Below, piece after piece: positions 39,110-51,815 of a DNA stretch of 64,000 bases. How positions within the stretch are numbered: the first letter of the stretch is position 1; every line of letters begins with the position of its first letter. The notes under the pieces are model-generated. The model searched no databases and was not told the origin of the DNA. It saw only the letters and a program-made list of their open reading frames with translations. The stretch spans positions 62,001 to 126,000 of IMG/VR virus record IMGVR_UViG_3300021440_000013; one strand, given 5' to 3'. Made by a program: the position numbers and the translations under genes.

Positions 39110-39568
39110 ATGAGCAACGCATCCGTCTTCGCCACCGCTTTTGCAACCATCTCCAAGGAGATTGAATACAATGCCGCCTGGGAAAATGGCACCGGGTATC
39201 TCGACCATATCTGCAGCGGTGCCGCAGCACCGGCCCTGAAGCCGGCTGAGATCGTAAAGACGATCGATCCGAATGGCCGTCGGATCATCGTCATTGGCAC
39301 GCGCTTTGGGAACGTAGCGGTGTTTGACCGCTATGCTCCGCGTGCTGGTAACTCCAGCACGTTCGTCACGAACGCACCGGAGGGAAAGAAGATCTTCAAG
39401 TTCCTCCTCTCCGGCTCCGCAGTCGGAGAGCACGAGATGATCAACCTCCTCGGAGGGTGGAGTGATATCGATGATAACCTCGGTCGCAAGATCGAGGATA
39501 TTATCGCCGTCCTCACTGAGGAAGAACTCCACGCAGTATTCCTTTATGAAGAGAACCGAACTCTCTAG
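39110..39568 (+). CDS. Hypothetical protein with chimeric 3' end
   Basis: Paralog of 14642-15091; last codons resemble the downstream HEXXH gene. Confidence 0.6.
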   Translation: MSNASVFATAFATISKEIEYNAAWENGTGYLDHICSGAAAPALKPAEIVKTIDPNGRRIIVIGTRFGNVAVFDRYAPRAGNSSTFVTNAPEGKKIFKFLLSGSAVGEHEMINLLGGWSDIDDNLGRKIEDIIAVLTEEELHAVFLYEENRTL

Positions 39569-39810
39569 AGAAGAAGTTCTAAAAACAACATCGGGTTAAT
39601 CATGGACCTCGAGATCGAACACAGGGCTGACCTCTACGCCATTGAGAACGGTGCGGAGCCTGAGGTTCTTTTTCTGGGGTAAGAAAGATAGACTGGGGGT
39701 TTATGCCCCCAGTCTTTGTTTTTCTCTTTTTAAACATTTTCAGTCGTATATATACTACTTGACAACACTCATTCGAGTGCTTGCATCCACACGTCTAAGG
39801 AGACATTGAC

Positions 39811-40272
39811 ATGAAAGTCCGAGTTGAAAAATACACGTGGTCAGAAGTGAAGCCTCTGGCAACCAGTGAAAACATAGCCCTCCTTGCTGGAGGGTTCTTC
39901 ACAGCCTGGACACCCAAGCTCGACGGACCTGGAGAAGAGCTCTGTATCTTCATGGATACAGAAGCGGCGGCACTCCTCACGGAGAAAGAACTTCATGCGG
40001 TGCTGCTGCATGAGGAAGGCCACGCCGTCTTCGACGGGGATCTCTTGAAGAACAGTGTCGGGGTCGTCGTTGATTTCGAGATCGAGCACAGGGCTGATCT
40101 TTACGCCATTGAGAACGGCGCACGCCCGGAAGACCTCTTTGCGGGAGCAAAAAAGACAGTCGAGGTCTTTTTCTCAAGAACAAAACTTCAGGAGGACCAA
40201 AAAGCGCTTGGTATAAAAAACACCATAGCGCTGATGCGGCAATATCCCTACTATCAGGGTATCGCAGCGTAG
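39811..40272 (+). CDS. Zincin-like metallopeptidase (HEXXH)
   Basis: ELHAVLLHEEGHA...E.EHRADLYA. Confidence 0.65.
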   Translation: MKVRVEKYTWSEVKPLATSENIALLAGGFFTAWTPKLDGPGEELCIFMDTEAAALLTEKELHAVLLHEEGHAVFDGDLLKNSVGVVVDFEIEHRADLYAIENGARPEDLFAGAKKTVEVFFSRTKLQEDQKALGIKNTIALMRQYPYYQGIAA

Positions 40273-40315
40273 AAGACAGGAGGGGTTTGCGCCCCCCCTG
40301 TCTTCTTCTTTTTGT

Positions 40316-40837
40316 TTAACTACGTTCGTAATAAACGATGTCGTACCGATAGTCATCCCGCGGATCATCATCCGCCGTAACCCGATAGATCTCCCGAATC
40401 GATGGATCGTTCTTAAACTCAGGCATATAGGTGTCACCGTTGATTTCAGCATCGACCTCAGTAACCACGAGCCGACGCACATGTGGTAAAAGCTGGCTAT
40501 AGATCTCACCACCCCCGATCACAAAAAGCTTCTCGTCAGGCGTCGTTAAACGAAAAAGCTCATCGATCGAGCGGGCCACGATTTCTCCGCGAGGTCTATA
40601 GCGCATATCCCGAGACAAAATGATGTTGCGTCGATCCGGTAGCGCTCTGCCAATCGATTCATAGGTACGCCGACCCATCACCACGGTACCCTTTAGCGTC
40701 AGTAGCTTAAAGTGATAGAGATCACTCGGCAATGACCACAAAAGCTTATTATCTTTTCCAATAGCGCCGGTTTTATCCATGGCAGCTACCAGCGTGATGT
40801 CGCGATCCAGCATACACTTACTCTTTATCGAACGCAT
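40316..40837 (-). CDS. folA: Dihydrofolate reductase
   Basis: IGKDNKLLW.LP.DL..FK, VVMGRRTYESI..ALP.R.NIILSR, IGGGEIY, GDTYMP. Confidence 0.95.
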   Translation of the reverse strand: MRSIKSKCMLDRDITLVAAMDKTGAIGKDNKLLWSLPSDLYHFKLLTLKGTVVMGRRTYESIGRALPDRRNIILSRDMRYRPRGEIVARSIDELFRLTTPDEKLFVIGGGEIYSQLLPHVRRLVVTEVDAEINGDTYMPEFKNDPSIREIYRVTADDDPRDDYRYDIVYYERS

Positions 40838-41380
40838 AAGCGCGTGTCCTTTTTGGATGAACTTTAACTACGTCAGTTACCCCTTGATAGGGTAACTGAC
40901 GTCTGATTGGGTACCCATTTTATAGGCTTTTTACACTCACCACACACCCCTTTTTACTACTCAATTTATTCACATGTCATTAAAATTTTGAAGGGGGCTC
41001 CGCCCCCTAATAAGTGTAGGAGTGTGTGGGTTTCTCTCCGCCTGTGGCTACGAGGCACACACTCCTACAGAGGGTGGGGCTCGTCTGCGCTCAGCTGTCT
41101 CCTTCCTTCACTCCTTCGCTCACCGCTCAGTCGTTCAGTCAGTCGCCATCCTCGCTACGTCTCGCTGCAAAATCTCACTTCAACTTATATACATTTTTGA
41201 AAAAGAAAATACCAACCCCATCACTGAAGCATACCGTTTGGTAGCTTTTGAGGCTACCAAACTACAGCAGCGTTAGAAGAGAAAAGACAACAGCAAAATC
41301 AAATTCCGATCGAACTAAATAATAACCGACGGAACGATAAGTGAAGGCGGAACAGCACGATGCACTTTAGAAATATATAG

Positions 41381-43525
<2,145 letters not shown>

Positions 43526-43532
43526 GTGTAGT

Positions 43533-44189
43533 ATGATTGAAAATATGCTCTACGTGACAATCGAGGGCATCGATGGGTGTGGTAAAACCACTCTCGCCGC
43601 TAAGTTGATCGATACCCTTAAACAAAAAGGGTATCGAGTTGGACACTTCTCCATGCTTCCACATGGACGATTGCGTGAAGCGGTACTCTGGGACAAAGAC
43701 CTTACGCCACTTCAACGCGCAACGCTCTATAAGGTTGCTGCTGAGACGACCCGGCTTCAGATGCTTAAGAGCGCCAGCGATTTTGATATCGCTGTCGTTG
43801 AACGCGGGGTTGACACATTTATCGCGTATCAAGGCTTTGGAGACCGACTGCTTAGCGAAGTAAGTCGTTTAGGGGAACTCTACCCGAAGTTCCCAGAGCC
43901 CGACAGGACCTACTATCTCGACGTACCTGTCGAGCTGGCCCTTATCCGAACAGAGCAGCGAGGTAGCGCACTTGACCACTTCGAGCAGCAAGGAGAAGCG
44001 TTCTTCAGACGCATCCAGGAAGGCTTTCGACAGTGCATCCTGGCTGACCAAGACCACAGTGAAAAGTCTGGTCATCACGCTCGTTTTAAGCATGTGGACG
44101 GCACCCTTTCTAAGAATGCCGTTTTTACTCACGTTCTTAACGACGTTCTGGCTTTACTTAAAGAAAAGGAAAAAACCGTAACAAGCTAA
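43533..44189 (+). CDS. tmk: Thymidylate kinase
   Basis: IEGIDGCGKTT P-loop, AYQG, PDRTYYLDVP. Confidence 0.9.
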   Translation: MIENMLYVTIEGIDGCGKTTLAAKLIDTLKQKGYRVGHFSMLPHGRLREAVLWDKDLTPLQRATLYKVAAETTRLQMLKSASDFDIAVVERGVDTFIAYQGFGDRLLSEVSRLGELYPKFPEPDRTYYLDVPVELALIRTEQRGSALDHFEQQGEAFFRRIQEGFRQCILADQDHSEKSGHHARFKHVDGTLSKNAVFTHVLNDVLALLKEKEKTVTS

Positions 44190-44382
44190 GATAAGTTAGA
44201 CGTTCCTTAACAGAGTTAAAAACATTCAAGAGGATTACCATGACCGACACCCAAGTACCTAGTCAAAACACCATTAAAGAAATCTTTTTTGGTGCTCAGC
44301 CGATCCAGGTTTCTCTCCGCAAACCCCGCAAACATACCACCATCCAGCCGGTAAAAGTCGACAACAAGAAGGACGCACTGTA

Positions 44383-45510
44383 ATGAAGGTTTATCTCGAT
44401 CTCCTGAAGGACATTCTCGAAAACGGTCACGATCACGAAGACCGCACCGGCACGGGTCGGCGCAGTGTCTTTTCTCGTGAAGTTCGCTTTAACCTGAAGG
44501 AAGGTTTTCCCTTGGTGACGACTCGCCGGATAAAGCCGGATGTCTTTATCGCGGAGAACCTGTTCTTTCTGTCTGGCCGTACCGACATCAAGTTCTTGAA
44601 CGAGCGTGGGGTGAAGATCTGGGATGCGTGGGCCGTTAACGCTAACACGTTTAAAGGTTACGCGGATAAGATGCTCAAAAAGGGCATCATCAGCGAAGAA
44701 GAAGTGAATCTTCTTCTTGAAACCGTACCGCTGAACCTCCTGGGCGATATCGGTCCGATGTATGGCAACATGTGGCGGATGTGGCCTGTGGCTTCGCCCT
44801 CGGGTCAAGAATTCGGTATCCGTAAAGAAAACATGGTTCGCGCTTTCGAGGAGCTGCCCTCCGATATGCTTGCCGTCGCCAAAGAGGTGTACGACAACCT
44901 GGAAGACGACCAAAAGGAAGGGATGGACTTCGAGACCTTCGCACTGGTTTTTTACTACTCGTCGGTTGATCAGATCAACGAACTTATCTGGGAGCTCAAA
45001 AAGAACCCGTATAGCTCGCGTTTGGTTGTGACCGCGCTTAACCCCCAGTTCACGCCGACACCGGGTTTTAGCCCCGATGAAAACGTCCTTCTGGGTAAAG
45101 GCGCGCTCATGCCGTGCCACTTTGCTTTTCAGTGCTTCGTAAAACCCGCTGTTAAAGAAGGCGGTAAACTGCGTCTGTCGCTTAAAGCGATGATCCGCTC
45201 ATGGGACGTGCCGGTCGGTGGTCCTTTTAACATCGCTGGTTACGCGCTGATCCTGAGTCTTTTGGCGCACTGCTGTGACATGGAGGTCGATGAACTGATT
45301 ATTTCTGCAGGCGATGCCCACATTTATCTTAACCAGATCGATGAGGTTAAACGCCAGCTGGAGCGCGAACCCCAGCCCTTGCCGCTCCTGGCCCTTAGCT
45401 CCGAGAAAAAGGATCTCTTCGCTTTTACAATGGATGACATCAAGATCATCGATTACGTAACGCACCCTAAAGACGCACTTGAACCCATCAAGTACGCCGT
45501 CTCTATCTAA
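44383..45510 (+). CDS. thyA: Thymidylate synthase
   Basis: DRTGTG, GFPLVTT, IWDAW, LMPCH, RSWDVPVGGPFN, DAHIYLN. Confidence 0.95.
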   Translation: MKVYLDLLKDILENGHDHEDRTGTGRRSVFSREVRFNLKEGFPLVTTRRIKPDVFIAENLFFLSGRTDIKFLNERGVKIWDAWAVNANTFKGYADKMLKKGIISEEEVNLLLETVPLNLLGDIGPMYGNMWRMWPVASPSGQEFGIRKENMVRAFEELPSDMLAVAKEVYDNLEDDQKEGMDFETFALVFYYSSVDQINELIWELKKNPYSSRLVVTALNPQFTPTPGFSPDENVLLGKGALMPCHFAFQCFVKPAVKEGGKLRLSLKAMIRSWDVPVGGPFNIAGYALILSLLAHCCDMEVDELIISAGDAHIYLNQIDEVKRQLEREPQPLPLLALSSEKKDLFAFTMDDIKIIDYVTHPKDALEPIKYAVSI

Positions 45511-45533
45511 CGCTCTTTTTCACGAATAAGCTC

Positions 45534-45833
45534 ATGACCAAGCCCATTACCAAAAAACCGATTATTAAAATCGGTAACGCTCAGCCGAAAAATAAGCTGG
45601 AGCAATTTAAGACGCAGCTGGCCACCTCCGATAGCGTCGAGAACGAGGTTGTTCAACCTGTCGAAGAAGAAGAGATCGTTTATCTTCCGCCAGCGATGGT
45701 GCGTAAGGCGGCCCCGCCGCCCGCTAAGAAAAACGTGACCGCCACCGGCAAGCTCGACTTCTCTACGATCACACTGCCGGGCGAAGTCGAAGTTCAGCCT
45801 ATCTTTGACGCCGCACGTTACCTTAAGAAGTAA
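45534..45833 (+). CDS. Hypothetical protein
   Basis: 99 aa ORF. Confidence 0.5.
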   Translation: MTKPITKKPIIKIGNAQPKNKLEQFKTQLATSDSVENEVVQPVEEEEIVYLPPAMVRKAAPPPAKKNVTATGKLDFSTITLPGEVEVQPIFDAARYLKK

Positions 45834-45947
45834 GCCCTCTTTCACACATACCTGAGCTCCTAAAAGGCTCAGGTATGTACAACTCTTTCTAAAGGACATT
45901 CGGCAACATATATTTTTAATGCAGTACACCTTACTTTAGGAGGAAAA

Positions 45948-48885
45948 ATGCCGTTATACCTTAAACTCCTTAACCTCGATGAGGTTTTTTCACGCGCACA
46001 AAACCCCGTCATCATCAATGAGCTTCCCAATCTCACAACCGAGGACAGAGAACGCTTCAGTGCGCTTGTACGAGAAACGTACACCAGTGACATGGTGTCC
46101 GTCATGCCAAAATGCGCCTGCGTCGGCGACGAAGGACTTCGAGGCGAACACTTGGTGGGCGAGACGTGCGATATCTGCAACACGACCGTCAAGCACTCGA
46201 TCGAGGATGATATTGTTCCGACGCTCTGGTTTAGAAAGCCTAAAGGCGTCAAGGCACTCATTAATCCGATTGTCTGGATCATGCTCAATCAGCGGTTCTC
46301 AAAAAGCAAGTTCCGCGTACTTCAGTGGCTGACCGATCGACACTACGGTTCAAACTCGGGTCTCAAGACACCCGAGATCATCTATAAGCTTACCGCCGAA
46401 GGTATTCCGAGAGGATACAACGCCTTCGTTGAGAACTTCGATGAGATCACTCGGTTTTTATTCAGCCTCAAGGATTTTCAAGACAAGAAAGGCGCTACAA
46501 AGTCGATCATCGACATGCTCGGCCTCACGCATCCGTCAAAAGATCCTCTCCAGCAGTTGATCCAAGATCACCGAGACTCGATCTTCTGCGAACACATCCC
46601 GCTCCTAAATAAAACCCTTCTCGTGATCGAAAAGACCGCGATGGGCTATGACTACGGTGAGGCGACCATGTTTAGCATGGTCAACGTCACCAACACGATG
46701 CTCTCCATCGACAGGGATTACCACGATAAGAACCCCCTCTCGGTTGAAAACCGCACTGCCCGCATCCATGCGATGCTGGGGGATTACTACACGGACTTCT
46801 TTAAGAAGAACGTGGCACCCAAGGAGGGTTTGATACGTAAGCAGGTGTATAGTGGTCGAGGTAACCACAGCTTTCGGGCAGTGATTACCTCACACGAAGA
46901 CCTTCATGATCATGATGAGATTCACATACCGTGGTGCGTAGCGGTCACGGTATGGCGTCAGCACATACTAAACGTGATGATGCGGGATGACCATCCATGC
47001 GGCGGCTATACGCTTAATAAAGCCGTCAGTCTCATGATGAGTCACATCTACAAATACCACCCACATCTTGACCAGATCTTTAAAGAGTTTATACAAGGCA
47101 GTGATAACGGCCGGGGTCCTTGCGTTTTAGTTCAACGAAATGAAGAAGGTTTGTATTCTTGAGCTATAAAGGAATGCGAATCTCGGTTTCCTTCTGTAGA
47201 AATACAGTCGACACAACACGCTTAATTGACGGGAACCCCATAAAACTCGATACACCAAACGTATGCTTCGAAAGACATGCGTGGCCGGAGTAATTAGCCG
47301 GGTAGGGTAAAAGAGATCGAGATGCGGCTTTTATAAAGCCAAAATTGGAAACCACGCAGCTGATCTCCTAAGGCCATGTGGCTATGGAGCGAGTTCAACG
47401 ACTATAAACGCCAAGCTAATGGGCAGTGAATAGCGTGCATCTGACCGCGTTAAGGCGAAGATGAAGAGATAGTCTGTTCTATGATGAGAGTCGTAGCGGG
47501 TGCCAGGAATCGCACCGGGGTGATCTTGCAAGCCACCTGGACAAAAAGCCAACACTAATGCAAGGTTCAGCACAGCCGTGCTATATCACAAAAGTCAAAC
47601 CTGATCCGAAGGACACAACGGTTTCAATCAGTGATCTAATCGCTATGTAGAATGGCCTCTTGATTAGAAATGGTCAAGTGAACTCTCTCTAATTGCTGGA
47701 AAACCCTGAAGGCTGCCTCACCACAAGCATCGCGAAAGCAGATGTTGATGGTTTAACAACGAGGCGGATGATCCGATAAAGTCGGTGAAAGGGGCAACCG
47801 TGGAGTGAAACACTCCCTTTAGCAGCGAAGACCCTAAGGCAAACGATATGGGTAACGTTCAACGATCATGGCGGGAGCCAGTAGAGCCTCAAGCGAGGCA
47901 GAAATGGGAGACACCTTACCGTGTGATGACGAAGGTGAAGATATGATCTGTTCCATGATGAAAGTCATAGCGGGTGCCAGGAATCGCACCGAGTGAAGAA
48001 AGTACGTCGTGATGACGGAGCGCCTTCACTGGACAATAAGACAGCGATGAATGCTTAATTAGGCCAGTTGGTTAGAAATAATCAACGAGTAACCCCTTGA
48101 ATTGCTGGAAACCCCTAAAGCTGTCTCACCACTGCGAGCTGAAAAGCAAAGCCATGGTTTAAAAACGAGACGGATGCGGCGTAAGCCAAAATGGGCAACC
48201 GTGGGCTCTAAGAGCCCCTTTAGCAGCGAAGACCCTAAGGCTTCGGCTATGGGTAATGTTCAACGACCATGTCTCTCAAGTGAGAGTAGCGGGGGGCACC
48301 TGACCACGTAACGGTGAAGGTGATGATATGTTCTGTACTATGGCGAAAGTCATAGCGGGTGCCAGGAATCGCACCGGGATGGACCCACGACCCATCTGGA
48401 CAATTAGGATTACGACGGTGAATAACATTGCCGTTCGATCCAGTAATGGATTGAATTATGAGTGCGGAATAAAGCATAGACCCTGAGATGGGGATGTGAA
48501 CCGAAGGCTAGATGTAAAGATTTAGTCAGGGGCAGAGCATAGGAGGTGATCCTGCGTAAGCAGACTATAATCCTCCCACGAGTCCGCGCCACCCGACCGT
48601 TTTAAACGAGGGTGAAAACGTATGCCGAACTATAGCGAACCAAAGCCATAGAAGTAGAGGATAAAAAGCCTTTACGATAACATCTTGGATGAGATCATGT
48701 TTATACTGGCGCTTGACAAGAAGATGGAGCGGATGTTTTACCCGCTCAGTCCCTTCTTTAACTTGCTGCCCCTTAATAAACCCCTCGAGATCGGTCGAAA
48801 TGCATCAATGACCGACTCAATCGTTGCATCTACTTCGGAATGGATCGAAGCACAAAGAAGAGACATTAAGAACAACCTTCAGTAA
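45948..48885 (+). CDS. Non-virion RNA polymerase beta' N-terminal subunit (phiKZ gp55-like), five exons: 45948-47141, 47549-47644, 48041-48055, 48408-48419, 48688-48885 (504 aa spliced)
   Basis: N-terminal Zn ribbon, RKQVYSGR..SFRAVIT; splicing restores VQRN|PTL...LIA|TAMNA|DYDG|DEIM, i.e. the NRxPTL and NADxDGD motifs. Confidence 0.88.
47142..47548 (+). ncRNA. Group I intron 1 of beta' (407 nt)
   Basis: Exon ends in U, intron ends in G; P7 ttcaacGACTA / aagagaTAGTC. Confidence 0.85.
47645..48040 (+). ncRNA. Group I intron 2 of beta' (396 nt)
   Basis: aattgctggaaa, cagcgaag, P7 GATCA/TGATC (compensatory), terminal G. Confidence 0.85.
48056..48407 (+). ncRNA. Group I intron 3 of beta' (352 nt)
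   Basis: Homologous to intron 2; P7 GACCA/TGTTC has one mismatch; terminal G. Confidence 0.8.
48420..48687 (+). ncRNA. Group I intron 4 of beta' (268 nt, different subtype)
   Basis: P1 gacggt/gccgtt with U.G at splice site; P7 GCATA/TATGC; terminal G before GAT GAG. Confidence 0.8.
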
Positions 48886-48901
48886 AACAAGGAGAAAGAT
48901 C

Positions 48902-49546
48902 TTGCAGATAGCCGTTATCCACGGTTCTGATCCGAGCTTCTTTGGGAACAACCTCTTTCCTGAGGCACCGCCCGAAGCCAAGCAGTGGATCCAGAATCAA
49001 TTCAACCAAGGTCTTAATCTACTCACCGATGTCGGTAATCGATTTCGGCAGCAGGCGGTAGACCTGTATCAAAAACTGCACGACCCGACGCTTGAGGCGC
49101 GGGCCCGTGCTTTTTATCGAAAGGCAAAAGGCATCACGCACCCGAACGCTATTCTTGCGTTTGACACCGTGGGTGAGATCCAGGCTGCTAAACCGCTCAT
49201 GCAGCGCTTCATCATGGCTGAGCCCAGTATTCGTGAGCTCTATCACAAGCAGCTTTGTGATGGGTATAGCGACAGCTATGTTGATTATGAGCCAGGTAAG
49301 ATCGGCGAAGCGCATTACGATTACCGCCGTGTTATGAACGGCATTATCACGGAATCCTTTTCCGACGATGCGGCCAACGACTATCAATGGAAGGTGGTGA
49401 TGTACGCTGAGGATCTTCATGAAGGTGACAATGAGCTTCATATCGACCAACAGGCAGCGATTCTGAAAGTCCACAACTTGGCCTGCCAAGCGCTCTTTAA
49501 TAAGATCGATCCGACCGACATCTTTAATGGTGAGATTGGTGGTTAA
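48902..49546 (+). CDS. Conserved phiKZ-like core protein
   Basis: Synteny; 'MQRFIMAEP.IR..Y..Q..DGYSD.Y...HYDYRRV..G'; TTG start after GGAG. Confidence 0.6.
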   Translation: MQIAVIHGSDPSFFGNNLFPEAPPEAKQWIQNQFNQGLNLLTDVGNRFRQQAVDLYQKLHDPTLEARARAFYRKAKGITHPNAILAFDTVGEIQAAKPLMQRFIMAEPSIRELYHKQLCDGYSDSYVDYEPGKIGEAHYDYRRVMNGIITESFSDDAANDYQWKVVMYAEDLHEGDNELHIDQQAAILKVHNLACQALFNKIDPTDIFNGEIGG

Positions 49547-49666
49547 CGGCTAAATACAACTTAGAGAGTGGGGTTTTAGCCCCACTCTCTAATGATCTTT
49601 TTCTTTTTAGTGATATCTTTCACAGGACGTAAGATAAGGTGACTGCCCTATTTGAGGAACCCTTTT

Positions 49667-50074
49667 ATGACGTCTAAACACTTATTCCCCAGTCTCGATA
49701 CCGACGGTTGGGTGGAGAGCCCCATCAAAGTTGCCGACTACATGCTCTCCCACTTCTTTTTGTCAGACTACAGTCAAACGGCCTTTTTCCGTAACAAGGT
49801 CGCCTCATTCGCCTGGCTCCTTCAACGCCACCAAGGAAACCTAACAGCGCTTTTTGATGAGACCCAGCAGATCCTTTCTTCGTATTTTTCTACCCAGTTT
49901 AGTAATGTAGAGGTCCAGGTTACCGAAGTACCCGATACGACAACTTCAAACAAGACCGGATTAAGTCTCTTTTTGGAGTTCGTTGACGCCGACGGAACCA
50001 CGCACAACCTGTCACGACTGGTGAAGTATTCGGGCATGAAAGTCAGTGAAGTGCTCGCCGTAATCAATAGCTAA
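49667..50074 (+). CDS. Conserved phiKZ-like core protein
   Basis: 'PSL...GWV...F..SDYSQT'; synteny. Confidence 0.6.
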   Translation: MTSKHLFPSLDTDGWVESPIKVADYMLSHFFLSDYSQTAFFRNKVASFAWLLQRHQGNLTALFDETQQILSSYFSTQFSNVEVQVTEVPDTTTSNKTGLSLFLEFVDADGTTHNLSRLVKYSGMKVSEVLAVINS

Positions 50075-50091
50075 ATAAGGAGTTTCTGAGC

Positions 50092-50688
50092 ATGGATGAA
50101 AATAGCCGCAAACGTGAAATCGCTGAATCGTTTACCAAACAGATCAGCAAAATCGATCAAGAGACCGAACGGGCCTTTATTTCAGGCGTCTTAGAGGCGG
50201 TTCAGGCGCCTCCCAAGAAGATCCCCGAGCCCGTGTTTCGCGAGATCTTCATGCCGTACTTGGTGGGTGATAAAGTACCCAACGCTGAAAACGATGTCCT
50301 GGCGCACTGGATCGGGCTGGTGGGCAGCGCCACCGATCCGGCCGATATCGTTGACACCAAGGGCGACACGCTTTTCCAAGTACCGCCGGTCTATGACACA
50401 TCGGACCTCTCTACGATCCGTTCCGAAAAAGGCATGGGGTTCGCCACCATCTTTGAGCAGTATCAAGAGCAATCGAAAGTACACGGCATGCTGGGCAAGC
50501 GCTTCTTGGTCGAAGAGCTCAGTAATAAAGCCGCTGCCAATATCCCTGAGGGCTCCTTAGAGGGCCGTGGCTGGCTTCCCGCACTCGAGTATTACGGATT
50601 GGTTAAACCGACCCATGACGCGACGCCTCTCTCCACCAAACACCTCCCTGGGGACGATGACCTTGACTTTGAAGATGCCGCTTCGTAG
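50092..50688 (+). CDS. Conserved phiKZ-like core protein
   Basis: 'IPE.VF..IF.P...W...G...LF.VPP'; synteny. Confidence 0.6.
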   Translation: MDENSRKREIAESFTKQISKIDQETERAFISGVLEAVQAPPKKIPEPVFREIFMPYLVGDKVPNAENDVLAHWIGLVGSATDPADIVDTKGDTLFQVPPVYDTSDLSTIRSEKGMGFATIFEQYQEQSKVHGMLGKRFLVEELSNKAAANIPEGSLEGRGWLPALEYYGLVKPTHDATPLSTKHLPGDDDLDFEDAAS

Positions 50689-51802
50689 TTACTTGGTGAT
50701 CTCTGACGTGCACTTAGGTGCACGTTCGACCACCGCTGAAGAGATCCTCGAACACCTCACCACTTTCTTTGAAGACTTTTCAGATCTCTCTGAACTTGCC
50801 CAGATCGATACACTCTTTATCGCTGGTGATCTCTGGGACGATACGTTACCCTTGGCGAGCGACGTCGTACCGCAGGTGATCTACTGGTTTAACCGTGTGG
50901 TGCGGTGGTGTGCGCGCAATCATATCCAACTAAGGATCTTGGAGGGGACGCCTCGGCACGATAGGCGTCAAGGCGTCTCTTTAAAAAGCATCGTTGAAGT
51001 GCTTGAGATCGATATCGATTTTAAATATGTCACACAGCTTTCAATCGAGAAGAACGAACGCCTAGGGTTGTCGGTCCTTTATGTGCCGGATGAATGTCGC
51101 CCTACCGCTGAAATTTGTCGGGCTGATGTTGAAACCCTCTTGGCTGAACACCAGCTTCAAAAAGTCGATATCGCCATCATGCATGGGGCGTTTAAGTATC
51201 AGTTAGGCTTAATGCCCATGACCCCGAAGGTCCATGACGAGGTCTGGTATCTCCAGCATGTTAAACACTACATCTCGATCGGCCACGTCCACACACCGAG
51301 CCAGTTTAACCGAATCGTTGCACAAGGCTCGTTCGACCGACTGAGCCACGGTGAAGAAGAGGCCAAAGGAGCCGTTCTCATTAAAGAGATTAAGCCAGAT
51401 GAATGGATGCATTTCTTTATCGAAAACGTCCACGCCAAGCGCTATTTGACGATTGATGTCGATGGCCCTCTAGAAGATGTTCTTAAGAAGATCGATCGTT
51501 TGATCCGACCGCTTCCTTTTGGAAGTTATGTGCGTATTCGAGGTCTCAGTAACCATCCCGTCTTTCAGGGCTTTGAGACGCTGCGCGCGCGTTATCCCCT
51601 CTTTATCTTCAGTAAGAAGACACTGAGCCAGGAAGACACTGATAAACCCGCAGAGCTGACTAAGACGCTTGATTATAAACCCATCGTCTTAAATAAACAA
51701 ACGCTTACCGACGCGATCTTGACTGAGGTCACGACGCGCCGCCCACTCACCCCGCTTGAAGAAGAGCGTCTTCACACACACCTGGAGGCGCTCCACTTTT
51801 AA
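50675..51802 (+). CDS. SbcD/Mre11-like metallophosphoesterase nuclease
   Basis: SDVHLG, AGDLWD, GTPRHD, MHG, IGHVH, GSFDRL. Confidence 0.85.
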   Translation: MPLRSYLVISDVHLGARSTTAEEILEHLTTFFEDFSDLSELAQIDTLFIAGDLWDDTLPLASDVVPQVIYWFNRVVRWCARNHIQLRILEGTPRHDRRQGVSLKSIVEVLEIDIDFKYVTQLSIEKNERLGLSVLYVPDECRPTAEICRADVETLLAEHQLQKVDIAIMHGAFKYQLGLMPMTPKVHDEVWYLQHVKHYISIGHVHTPSQFNRIVAQGSFDRLSHGEEEAKGAVLIKEIKPDEWMHFFIENVHAKRYLTIDVDGPLEDVLKKIDRLIRPLPFGSYVRIRGLSNHPVFQGFETLRARYPLFIFSKKTLSQEDTDKPAELTKTLDYKPIVLNKQTLTDAILTEVTTRRPLTPLEEERLHTHLEALHF

Positions 51803-51815
51803 TGGAGTTTAAAGC

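Noticed and set aside
47164-48592. Short ORFs within the beta' introns as homing endonucleases
   Set aside because: Under 80 aa, overlap the ribozyme cores, and lack LAGLIDADG/HNH/GIY-YIG motifs
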